A DNA stretch of 64,000 nt. Origin: Bacteroidales bacterium Bact_11. GTDB lineage: Bacteria > Bacteroidota > Bacteroidia > Bacteroidales > UBA932. Shown piece by piece: positions 45,562 through 54,013 of this stretch. The position numbers and the translations under genes were made by a program. The notes below the pieces were generated by a model. That model was not told the origin of the DNA. It saw only the letters and a list, made by a program, of their open reading frames with translations, and ran no database searches. The stretch spans positions 10,725-74,724 of the forward strand of contig LUZC01000012.1 of the NCBI GenBank assembly GCA_001603505.1, in the 5' to 3' direction. Within the stretch, counting starts at the first letter, position 1. Each line of letters begins with the position of its first letter.

Positions 45562-45993
45562 ATGAAAATCGGACTTGCATCGGATCACGCTGGCTATGAA
45601 TACAAGCAGCAACTGATCGCGTATCTGCGGCGGAAAGGGTTTTCTGTCGTGGATTATGGGACGCACGGAACGGCGAGCGTCGACTATCCCGACTTCGCCC
45701 ACGACCTGGCCCGCGGCATCGAAAGCGGCGAAGTCGACCGCGGCATCGCCCTCTGCGGCACCGGCAACGGCATGGCCATGACGCTCAACCACCATCCGTC
45801 GATCCGCGCCGGCCTGGCCTGGAACCGCGATATCGGCGCCCTGGTCAAACAGCACAACAACGCCAATGTCCTGGTGATGCCCGCGCGGTTCATCACCCTG
45901 ACCATGGCCCGCCTCATCGTCAAGACCTGGCTCGAAACCGAATTCGAAGGTGGAAGACATCAGCGCCGCATCGAAAAAATACCTTGTGCTTGA
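45562..45993 (+). CDS. rpiB: Ribose-5-phosphate isomerase B
   Basis: MKIGLASDHAGYEYK...CGTGNGMAM...GGRHQRR: RpiB/LacAB family. The ORF-track start at 45496 is an upstream extension. Confidence 0.92.
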   Translation: MKIGLASDHAGYEYKQQLIAYLRRKGFSVVDYGTHGTASVDYPDFAHDLARGIESGEVDRGIALCGTGNGMAMTLNHHPSIRAGLAWNRDIGALVKQHNNANVLVMPARFITLTMARLIVKTWLETEFEGGRHQRRIEKIPCA

Positions 45994-46012
45994 CGGGTGT
46001 CCCGTCGAAGAG

Positions 46013-46783
46013 ATGGCCCCGTTCTTCGAGGCCCGTCTCTCGCACGACCTGGCGGATTATCCCGACGGGATTGTCCTTCCTTTGGACAAACCCTACCGCT
46101 GGACCTCCGCCGACCTCGTGCGCAAATGCAAATTCACCCTGCAGAAGCACTTCGGACAACGCAACCTGAAAGTTGGCCATGCCGGCACCCTGGACCCGCT
46201 CGCCACGGGCTTGCTACTGGTGTGTGTCGGCAAGGCCACGAAGGTTGCCGAGGCACTGCAGGCTTCCGAAAAAGAATATGTGGCGACCGTCGAGTTCGGC
46301 GCCACCACCGCGTCGTTCGACCTGGAACAGCCCATCGACCAGTTCTTCCCGTACGAGCACATCAAGGAAGAGGCCGTGCGGGCCGTCCTGCCGCAGTTTA
46401 TCGGAGAGCAGGAACAGGTGCCGCCCGTGTTCTCAGCCAAGATCGTCGGCGGGCTGCGCGCCTACGAATACGCCCGCAGCGGCGAACCCGTTGAACTCCG
46501 CACCAACCACATCGAAATCTTCGACATCACGCTCGAAGGCTTCACGCTGCACAACGTGATGGCCGGCGACGACTATGTCGTCGACGAAGTTGTCCGCCAC
46601 ATCCACAACTACCACACCTCCTCCACCAGCGACGGCACCCGCCCCGCTGCCACGCTCCGCATCCGCTGCTCCCGCGGCACCTACATCCGTTCCCTGGCCC
46701 GCGACCTGGGCCTCGCCCTCGGCTCAGGCGGCTACCTTACCGCCCTGCGCCGCACCGCCAGCGGTGAATTCCGGCTGCCGTAG
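46013..46783 (+). CDS. truB: tRNA pseudouridine(55) synthase
   Basis: LDKPYRWTSADLV and catalytic GHAGTLDPLATG. The start is uncertain: the ATG at 46013 follows the rpiB stop; alternatives at 45950 and 45986 overlap rpiB. Confidence 0.88.
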   Translation: MAPFFEARLSHDLADYPDGIVLPLDKPYRWTSADLVRKCKFTLQKHFGQRNLKVGHAGTLDPLATGLLLVCVGKATKVAEALQASEKEYVATVEFGATTASFDLEQPIDQFFPYEHIKEEAVRAVLPQFIGEQEQVPPVFSAKIVGGLRAYEYARSGEPVELRTNHIEIFDITLEGFTLHNVMAGDDYVVDEVVRHIHNYHTSSTSDGTRPAATLRIRCSRGTYIRSLARDLGLALGSGGYLTALRRTASGEFRLP

Positions 46784-46813
46784 CATTTTCCGCCGCCGTT
46801 ATTTTCGCTGCCA

Positions 46814-46938
46814 TTTTTTTCGCTGCAACGGACGCAACTGATAATCAGTCGGTTGCACAAACACATCCCCCTCGTTTTGTCGGGGAGCAGTTTTCGTAAA
46901 CACTTGACTGACTGTTGCGTCCGTTGCAGCGAAAAAAA
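46814..46938. repeat. 125-bp palindromic element with perfect 25-nt arms
   Basis: TTTTTTTCGCTGCAACGGACGCAAC (46814-46838) is the exact reverse complement of 46914-46938. The spacer is 75 nt. Confidence 0.9.
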
Positions 46939-46941
46939 GCG

Positions 46942-46949
46942 TAAATTTG
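46942..46949 (+). promoter_or_regulatory. -7 promoter box TAaaTTTG (nitroreductase gene)
   Basis: TAAATTTG ends 4 nt before the ATG at 46954. Confidence 0.5.
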
Positions 46950-46953
46950 TCTT

Positions 46954-47592
46954 ATGAAAAGAATTATCTTCGCTTGGACGCTGGCGGCGCTGATGCTGAT
47001 GGCCGCGGCGTGCGGGAGCCAGGAAGCGCAGCCCGCGAGAAAAAGTGCGCTCGAAGTCATCAAGGCCCGAACCAGCATCCGCAGCTTCACGGGTGAAAAG
47101 CTCACCGAAGAGCAGATCAACACGCTGCTCGATGCTGCCATGGCAGCCCCGACGGCCGTCAATATCCAGCCCTGGCGCTTCATCGTCATCACCGACGAAG
47201 CGACCAAGTCGGGTCTCTATCAAGGAGAGCAACACAAACACATGGTCGAAACAGCCGGGGCCGTGATTATCGTTTGTGGCGAAACGACCCGGATGGTCCG
47301 TCCCCACGGGGCGGACGAAGACGCCGAGCTGGTTCCCTCACCGAACAAATACTGGTTTGAAGACTGTTCCGCAGCTACGGAGAATCTGCTGCTCGCTGCA
47401 ACTGCCCTAGACCTGGGCGCGGTCTGGCTCTCCTGCTATCCGAGCGAGCGGATTGTCGACCGAATCAAAGCGTATCTCGGCATTCCCGAAACTGTAACTC
47501 CGCTTGCCATCGTCCCGGTCGGCTATCCCGCAGAGCAACCCGAACCCAAAGACAAATGGAAACCCGAGAACATCCACTACGATAGGTGGTAG
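46954..47592 (+). CDS. Nitroreductase-family flavoprotein with a lipoprotein-type signal peptide
   Basis: ARTSIRSFTGEKL...AAPTAVNIQPWRFIV is typical of the nitroreductase fold. The N-terminus MKRIIFAWTLAALMLMAAAC looks like a lipobox signal. Confidence 0.83.
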   Translation: MKRIIFAWTLAALMLMAAACGSQEAQPARKSALEVIKARTSIRSFTGEKLTEEQINTLLDAAMAAPTAVNIQPWRFIVITDEATKSGLYQGEQHKHMVETAGAVIIVCGETTRMVRPHGADEDAELVPSPNKYWFEDCSAATENLLLAATALDLGAVWLSCYPSERIVDRIKAYLGIPETVTPLAIVPVGYPAEQPEPKDKWKPENIHYDRW

Positions 47593-47805
47593 GCCAGGGG
47601 CAAACAAGCCTATGTTTTGCAAATACAAATACCTGATAATCAATAATTTGAAAAGTTGTTAGAAAACATCTCTCTACAGGGCGTTTAAAAAGCTGTGAAT
47701 CAGTGATTTAGAAAATCTTATTCTAAGATTGTTTTGCGCTCCTGATTTGCAATTCTATGGTTCAATCGCGAACTTTGTATCCGTAAACCGTAAACGCCTA
47801 TCGCC

Positions 47806-50331
47806 ATGCACCATTTTTTCTTCCGAAGCCTGTTGGCAGCCCTCATTCTGTTGCCGACGGTCATGGAGGCGCAGTCGCAGGCCACCCGTTGCTTCGACGA
47901 TTATGCGCGCCTCCTCTCGCCGGAGAAAGTCTATCTCCATACCGATCGCGAAATCTATAATATAGGTGACACCATCTGGTTTCGGGGTTACCTCGACAAT
48001 GTCGCCGAGCAGGCGGAGTATCCGGCCTGCAATTACCTGTATGTGGAACTCTTCTCGAAGAAGTGGGAGCAGAACCTGCAGAATTCCCGCTCGGAGAAGC
48101 TCCGTATGCGGACACGGGTCAAGGTCAAACGCAATGAAAACGGTGAGTTTACAGGCTATCTTCCGCTTACCGAAGACCTGAACTCTGGTCTGGCTACACT
48201 CCGCGCCTACAGCTACTGGATGATGAACGGCGCTCCCGAATACCTGTTTACCAAGAACATCGAACTCCGCAATGCGCCGAAAGATGCCTTTGCGGCCGAT
48301 CTGGTTCTTGCGGAGTATACCGAGCAGCGCACATATGATGACTTGGGCATCCGCAATCCGTTCCGCAAGGAAATACGCCGCTCCAACCGGCGCGAGTCCG
48401 ACATCGACCTGCAATTCCTCCCGGAAAGCGGCCGGTACTTGCCAGACCGCCGCAGCGTGATGGGCGTCAAGGCACTTGGCAGCGATGGTCTCGGCGTGAA
48501 GGTGCGGGGCACCGTCAAGGCATCCACCGGGGAACAGATCGCGATCTTCGAAACCAATGAGCTGGGTATGGGCAAATTCTACCTGACGGTACCGGCTGGA
48601 ACGAAGAAACTGACCGTCGAAGCGGAGACGGACGGAGAAGGATTCCGCTTCCATTCCGACATCCCGTTGCCGGAAACAGCAGCCGTCGTCATCCACGCCG
48701 AACCCGACGAGAAAGGAATTTCCGTCACTGTGGCGGAGAGCGGCCTGTCCCTGCCCGATTCCACCTTCCTGGTGGTTTACGACCGCAGCGGCATCGTTCT
48801 TTCGTCTTCCTTCGCACAAAGCCGTCGCGGCAAGAGGATAGAATACAGCGACTTGAAGCCCGGCATCAACAACCTGGCCGTCATCGATGACGCCGGAAAC
48901 GTCTATGCCGAAAGGCCTTTCTTCGTATTCCCGTCGGGTACGCTTCGCAGCACGGTGACGTTGGACAAGTCCCATTACGGCAGTCGTGAGCCGGCCGAAG
49001 CCACGATCCGGCTTACCGATGCTGCGGGAAGGCCGGTTTCCGGCAACTTCTCTCTGGCCGTGACCGACGAGGTCTATGCGCCTGAAAGCGGAGAGGCACC
49101 GACCATCGAGAGCTGGCTGCTGCTCGGCAGCGAACTCAAGGGCTGGGTGGAGCAGCCGCGCCGCTATTTCGACGCGTCCCGCAGCTTGCGCCAGCGCAGG
49201 GAAGAAGTGGACGTGCTGCTGCTGACGCAGGGCTGGAAGTATTATGACCTGGAACGAATCCTGCAGCAACGTATGGACCAACCGCGTTTCGGAAAGGAAT
49301 ACACCCAGTCGATCACGGGTTATGTCAATGGCGTGCTGGGTAAAAGCAAGCACGCGACGATCAGCTTCGTAGCCCCCCGCATCAACTACAGCCAAATTGC
49401 CGATCTCGATTCCACCGCATACTTTTCGCTGAGCAACCTCGATTTCCCCGACGGTACACAGTTCCTTGTCGGCGCGCAGGGCAAAGGGAAGGTGTTCCAG
49501 AAGTCCTATATGCCCATCCTCAATCCTGAATACTTCGCTGCGCAGATCCGCTATCCGGACTACCTCACTTACAGGGGATACGACTCATCCTATGGGGAAT
49601 ATGCACGGCAGAGCTACGAATCGGCCGACGGTTCGCTCGTCTACAGCCTGGCGCCGGCCCGGATCGAAGCGCCCCGCTACAGGCTTTCCCCTTATTCCGG
49701 CGATACGTTCAGGTCAAACCAGTATCGCGACCAGAAGGAACTGGCCCGCTACGCCGACTTCGACCTTCTAACCTATATCTATGAGACCTGTCCTGAAGTG
49801 CGGAGCAATGCCGATCTTCGGCGCAACCAGCGCCTGCGGGTTGAGCCTCCGATTGGCCGCGGCTATCGGAATATGCTGGTCTATATGAACGGGGTCCCCG
49901 TTGAGGTTATAGACTTGATGAACCTTCACGTCTCGGATGTACAGGCGATGGTCTATCTCACCGGCGCAGATGCTTCCAAGTATGAAACCGCGCTGTTGAG
50001 CAACGGAACCGGGCATACGCCGCCCGTAATCCTGCTTTCGGTCCGCTATCCGGTGCGGGGAGCCACCAATGTGACGGCGGACGCTCCGCTGGGCTGGCAG
50101 ACTCCCGCGCGCTTTTATACGCCGAAATACGAGAGTGCTGCATCGAAGCACAGTTTCGAGCCGATGCGCCCCACGCTCCATTGGGAACCGGAGCTGGTCT
50201 TCCGCAACGGCGTGGCCCGCGTCCGGTTTTACACCTCTGACCACGCGTCGCCATGGCGCTTCGTGCTGGAGGGCGTCACGGAAGACGGCCGCCCAGTATA
50301 TAGCAATACATTGCTGGAGGACGTACGATGA
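47806..50331 (+). CDS. Large secreted protein with an MG2-like (alpha-2-macroglobulin N-terminal-like) domain and a Plug-like C-terminal region; function unknown
   Basis: Signal peptide. KVYLHTDREIYNIGDTIWFRGY resembles MG2 domains. Also NFSLAVTDE and YMNGVPVEVIDLMNLHVSDVQAMVYL (Plug-like). Paralogous to 62155-63879. Confidence 0.68.
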   Translation: MHHFFFRSLLAALILLPTVMEAQSQATRCFDDYARLLSPEKVYLHTDREIYNIGDTIWFRGYLDNVAEQAEYPACNYLYVELFSKKWEQNLQNSRSEKLRMRTRVKVKRNENGEFTGYLPLTEDLNSGLATLRAYSYWMMNGAPEYLFTKNIELRNAPKDAFAADLVLAEYTEQRTYDDLGIRNPFRKEIRRSNRRESDIDLQFLPESGRYLPDRRSVMGVKALGSDGLGVKVRGTVKASTGEQIAIFETNELGMGKFYLTVPAGTKKLTVEAETDGEGFRFHSDIPLPETAAVVIHAEPDEKGISVTVAESGLSLPDSTFLVVYDRSGIVLSSSFAQSRRGKRIEYSDLKPGINNLAVIDDAGNVYAERPFFVFPSGTLRSTVTLDKSHYGSREPAEATIRLTDAAGRPVSGNFSLAVTDEVYAPESGEAPTIESWLLLGSELKGWVEQPRRYFDASRSLRQRREEVDVLLLTQGWKYYDLERILQQRMDQPRFGKEYTQSITGYVNGVLGKSKHATISFVAPRINYSQIADLDSTAYFSLSNLDFPDGTQFLVGAQGKGKVFQKSYMPILNPEYFAAQIRYPDYLTYRGYDSSYGEYARQSYESADGSLVYSLAPARIEAPRYRLSPYSGDTFRSNQYRDQKELARYADFDLLTYIYETCPEVRSNADLRRNQRLRVEPPIGRGYRNMLVYMNGVPVEVIDLMNLHVSDVQAMVYLTGADASKYETALLSNGTGHTPPVILLSVRYPVRGATNVTADAPLGWQTPARFYTPKYESAASKHSFEPMRPTLHWEPELVFRNGVARVRFYTSDHASPWRFVLEGVTEDGRPVYSNTLLEDVR

Positions 50332-51740
50332 GAGGGTCCCGCTTTCCGGTCGGATGTCTGTGCCTGGTTGTGCTGGCCCTCTCGTGCCACGGCAATATCT
50401 CTCCCGAGGCTCTGTATGAGCAGGGGATGTCGGAATATGCCGACGGACGTCTGGACGACGCGGTCGTGTCGCTGACCCGTGCGCTGGATGAGGCTGATGA
50501 ACAGCGCGATGCTGCGCTGATCCCCCATATCTTCATGGCACTGGCCGATACTTACAATAACACATATTATTTTGAGGAAGGCTATGCGGCGGCCGACAGC
50601 GCCCTGCAGGAAGGCCTGCGTTCCGGCGACATTCTGCTGGTCGCGGATTCCCGCGAGCGGATGGCAAAAAGCCTGACCGGACTCGGAGACTGGCAGCGTG
50701 CCGATTCGCTCTACGCATCAAACCTGGCGGAAAGCGCCTTGCCCACGGAAGCACAGGCGCGTGCCTTGGCCGGACAGGCCTATATCTTCGTACGCTATCG
50801 CGAAGATCCGGCGCGGGCGGCGGCGCTTTTCGATGAAGCGCTGAGGCTTTCGGCCACGTTCGAGAACCTCGAGCATTGGACTGCATATGCCTACAGCCTG
50901 GCGGCCACAGGCCGGGCCACTGAGGCGGAGGCCGTGTTCTCCGACCTGAAGGAGGCGGGCTTGGCGGAGAGCTGGATATTCCAGGAGTGGAAGAGCCGTC
51001 TCACCGCTTTGCAGGGCGACTATCGGACGGCCTGGCAACTGCTGGACCTTTCCGCCCAGCAGCAACGTGCCGGTGTGATGCGACTTTTCCGCCAGTCGGC
51101 GGTCAAGGCGCAGCGCGACTATTATGCCCTTCAAAGCCGGGAAGCCCGTTTGCACGAGCGATCACGCCTGATCATCGGCCTGCTGGTGATAGCCCTTCTC
51201 GTCCTCCTGCTGTCGGCCGGCGCCATCCTGTTCCGGATTCGGGAAAAGCGGAACAGGACCGAACGCGCTTCCCTGCTCGACTGGGCCGCCTCGATGGAAA
51301 ACCAACGGGATGCGTTGTCGCTTTCGCAGGCCCGGCTCCGTTCCGACTACGCCCGTCTATATCGTTCTTATTTCCAACAGGTCGGTCGCATCAATGAAAT
51401 TGTTCAGGCTTCGCCGGATAAGGAACGCGGTGTGTATTACCAGTTGAGCCGTATGATCAAGGATATCCGGCTCGACAAGCGCGGTCAGAAGCAGTTCGAG
51501 GCGATGATCAACCGCGACCTTGACGGCATTATGCAGCATTTTCGTGAGGACTATACAGGATACCAGGAAGATACGTACAGGTTTGTGAGTTATGTATTTG
51601 CCGGTTTCGATGCGCCGTCCATCCGCCTGCTGATGGATATGGGTTCGGAGGCGGCCGTCTATACGAAGAAGAGCGGTATCAAGAAGGCCATCGCTGCTTC
51701 CGATTCGCCCTGGCGTGACCGATACCTGATGTTGCTATAG
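50328..51740 (+). CDS. Membrane-spanning one-component regulator candidate: lipoprotein signal, TPR-like periplasmic domain, one TM, cytoplasmic coiled coil, degenerate LuxR/GerE-like HTH
   Basis: LALSC lipobox. TM LIIGLLVIALLVLLLSAGAILF. The C-terminus YRFVSYVFAGFDAPSIRLLMDMGSEAAVYTKKSGIKKAI resembles a GerE-type HTH. ATGA overlap with the upstream gene. Confidence 0.6.
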   Translation: MRGSRFPVGCLCLVVLALSCHGNISPEALYEQGMSEYADGRLDDAVVSLTRALDEADEQRDAALIPHIFMALADTYNNTYYFEEGYAAADSALQEGLRSGDILLVADSRERMAKSLTGLGDWQRADSLYASNLAESALPTEAQARALAGQAYIFVRYREDPARAAALFDEALRLSATFENLEHWTAYAYSLAATGRATEAEAVFSDLKEAGLAESWIFQEWKSRLTALQGDYRTAWQLLDLSAQQQRAGVMRLFRQSAVKAQRDYYALQSREARLHERSRLIIGLLVIALLVLLLSAGAILFRIREKRNRTERASLLDWAASMENQRDALSLSQARLRSDYARLYRSYFQQVGRINEIVQASPDKERGVYYQLSRMIKDIRLDKRGQKQFEAMINRDLDGIMQHFREDYTGYQEDTYRFVSYVFAGFDAPSIRLLMDMGSEAAVYTKKSGIKKAIAASDSPWRDRYLMLL

Positions 51741-51775
51741 TTTGGTGTATTGTCTATCTTTACATTGATATTCCG

Positions 51776-52249
51776 ATGAGACGCCCCTTACTTCTGATTT
51801 TGCTTTTGCTGTTGTTCCTGACGGGAACGGCTGCTGCGCAGGGCCGTCAAGTCAAATATCGGGAGGATGAGCCGCATAAGTGCGTGCGTATCAATGATTC
51901 TACGCTGTGCATCTATTCCCAGGACAAGGAGTTTGTCTATGTCGGGGCAGGTGAAGAAGCCACCCGTTCGCACGGGGCCGTTCCCGATGGATACGGCATT
52001 GCGAGGGCCATCCATTCCGGAGATCATCCCAGTGCGAAACAGTACGAGTACTGCCTTTGTCCGTGGAAACGGGGCTCCCGTCACGGCGAAGGCCTGCTCG
52101 TGAAGCCTGACGGCACGGTGGTTAAGGCCACGTGGCGCTGGGACAAGTTGAAATCGGTCTCTGAAGAGCCGCCTACCGATGAAGAACTGGAGGAACTGGA
52201 CTGCCGCATCGCCCGCCTGCAGGCCACCGTCCGGCTCCTCGGCCGATAG
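51776..52249 (+). CDS. Small secreted hypothetical protein with a MORN-like repeat
   Basis: Signal MRRPLLLILLLLLFLTGTAAAQ. WKRGSRHGEGLLVKPDGTVVKATWRWDKL is MORN-like. Acidic C-terminal helix. Confidence 0.55.
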   Translation: MRRPLLLILLLLLFLTGTAAAQGRQVKYREDEPHKCVRINDSTLCIYSQDKEFVYVGAGEEATRSHGAVPDGYGIARAIHSGDHPSAKQYEYCLCPWKRGSRHGEGLLVKPDGTVVKATWRWDKLKSVSEEPPTDEELEELDCRIARLQATVRLLGR

Positions 52250-52339
52250 CTCCCCCTCCCCCTTTTCCGTTGCAGCGGAAAAATACGACAAAAATTCGTT
52301 TTTCTCCGAAAAAAATTAGGAGATACAGAAAAAGCGTTG

Positions 52340-52347
52340 TAACTTTG
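52340..52347 (+). promoter_or_regulatory. -7 promoter box TAacTTTG (blaI-like operon)
   Basis: TAACTTTG ends 4 nt before the ATG at 52352. Confidence 0.5.
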
Positions 52348-52351
52348 TCGT

Positions 52352-52714
52352 ATGGAGAAACTCACTGCGAAAGAAGAAGAGATCCTGCGGCTGATATGGG
52401 CGAACGGGCCGGTGTTCATCCAGGACCTAGTGAAGCTTCTGCCGGAGCCGAAACCGCACCACAACACCGTCGCCACGCAGGTAGGCTTTCTGGAAGAGAA
52501 GGGCTATGTGGCGCGGGAGAAGTTTGCCAATGCCTATCGCTACCACGCACTTGTGGATGAGCACGCGTTCGCCGACCAGGTGATTTCCGATACAGTCGAG
52601 ATGTTCTACGACAACTCCTACGCGAGCGTCGTGTCGCGCTTTGTGGAGGACGAGAAGATGGACCTCGACGAACTTAAGGCGCTGATCGCACAAATTGAAA
52701 ACAAACGGAAATGA
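52352..52714 (+). CDS. BlaI/MecI/CopY-family transcriptional repressor
   Basis: Winged-helix N-terminus LTAKEEEILRLIWANGPVFIQDLV...HNTVATQVGFLEEKGYV. 120 aa. Confidence 0.9.
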   Translation: MEKLTAKEEEILRLIWANGPVFIQDLVKLLPEPKPHHNTVATQVGFLEEKGYVAREKFANAYRYHALVDEHAFADQVISDTVEMFYDNSYASVVSRFVEDEKMDLDELKALIAQIENKRK

Positions 52715-54012
52715 ACGCATTCCTGTTATACCTGCTGAAGAGCATGCTGCTGCTGGCAGTGTTCGACGCGTTTTTCCTGCTGGTGATGCGCCGCACGGAG
52801 CATTTCCGTTTCAACCGCGCCGTCCTGGTCATCGGCAGTGCAGCGTGCCTGCTGCTGCCGCTTGTGCAGATCCGCATAGGCGTGCCGACGGTCTATTCGG
52901 AATGGATCGAGCCCGCCGTCATCGGGGCAGCCGCCCGGGCAACCGCGCCGGCAGAGACCCTGACAGCCACAACAGCCGCGAACGGCATCTCCTGGCAGCC
53001 CCTTCTTCTCGCGGTCTATGCGCTCGGCGCGGCTGTCACGCTCGCGTTGTACATCCGTTCGTACGCGGGCATGTATCACCTGCTTCGTCGCACGCCCGGC
53101 GAGCGGCACGACGGCTATACCCTCCATCTCGTGGAACAGGAAACGCCCTCGCTCAGCTGGCTGCGCCACATCGTCCTCAGCCGCAGCGACTACGGACGTT
53201 ATCCCGCCATCCTCATGCATGAACGGGCGCATGTACGCTGCGGTCACTCTCTCGACCTGCTGTTCTCCTCCGCCCTGACCGTCTTCCAGTGGTTCAACCC
53301 GCTGGTGTGGATCTGCCGCGGCGAACTCAAGATGCTCCACGAATACGAAGCCGACGACTTCGTCCTCGACCAGGGCATCGATGCAACCCAATACCAACTT
53401 CTGCTTGTAAAAAAAGCCGTGGGAGAGAAACGCTTCCTCCTGGCCAACGGCTTCAACCATGCCCAACTCAAAAACCGTATTACCATGATGCAAACCACCA
53501 CCCGTGCAGCCTGGAAGAAGCTTTCCCTGCTGCTCCTGCTCCCGCTTATGGCCGGTACCGTACTGCTCCTGTCGGAGTGCAAGCCGTCCGCCAACAATGA
53601 AGAAATGCCCGCTCCTCAGGAGGAGGCAGCCCCTTCGACCGACGCCGCCTATGAAGTGACCGTCACCGACATCGAGCCGGCCGACGACGATGCCGTCGCC
53701 TTCGAACTCGTCGAAGTCAAGCCGCAGTTCGGCGACGGCGACGCCAACCAGTTCGCCCTGTGGGTGAACGAGAGACTGCAGTATCCGGATGAGGCCAAGG
53801 AACAACAGATCGAGGGCCGCGTAACCCTCCAGTTCAATGTCGAACCCGATGGCAGCATCACCAATATCAAGGTGCTCAAGAGCCCGAGCCCCCTGCTTTC
53901 CGATGCTGCAGTGGAAGTCGTGTCGAAGTCCCCGAACTGGACGCCCGGCTACATCAACGGGGAACCCGTACGGGTTGTCTATAACTTCCCCGTCGTCTTC
54001 ATGTTGAAATAG
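52711..54012 (+). CDS. BlaR1-like M56 metallopeptidase sensor fused to a C-terminal TonB domain
   Basis: Four N-terminal TM segments. HExxH (LMHERAHVRCGH). C-terminus VKPQFGDGDANQFALWVNERLQYPDEAKEQQIEGRVTLQFNVEPDGSITNIKVL...GEPVRVVYNFPVVF matches TonB_C. ATGA overlap with the repressor gene. Confidence 0.87.
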   Translation: MNAFLLYLLKSMLLLAVFDAFFLLVMRRTEHFRFNRAVLVIGSAACLLLPLVQIRIGVPTVYSEWIEPAVIGAAARATAPAETLTATTAANGISWQPLLLAVYALGAAVTLALYIRSYAGMYHLLRRTPGERHDGYTLHLVEQETPSLSWLRHIVLSRSDYGRYPAILMHERAHVRCGHSLDLLFSSALTVFQWFNPLVWICRGELKMLHEYEADDFVLDQGIDATQYQLLLVKKAVGEKRFLLANGFNHAQLKNRITMMQTTTRAAWKKLSLLLLLPLMAGTVLLLSECKPSANNEEMPAPQEEAAPSTDAAYEVTVTDIEPADDDAVAFELVEVKPQFGDGDANQFALWVNERLQYPDEAKEQQIEGRVTLQFNVEPDGSITNIKVLKSPSPLLSDAAVEVVSKSPNWTPGYINGEPVRVVYNFPVVFMLK

Positions 54013-54013
54013 C

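Noticed and set aside
46867-46895. Small CCCC...GGGG hairpin followed by TTTT inside the 125-bp palindrome spacer, considered as the truB terminator.
   Set aside because: The stem is only 4 bp with an 11-nt loop, and the T-run is 5 nt away from the stem. That is below what I would accept as an intrinsic terminator.
47593-47805. The AT-rich gap, considered as a possible integration junction or att site of a genomic island.
   Set aside because: There is no flanking tRNA, integrase, transposase or direct repeat. The downstream genes look compositionally like the core. It is more simply a long promoter/regulatory region for the MG2-like operon.
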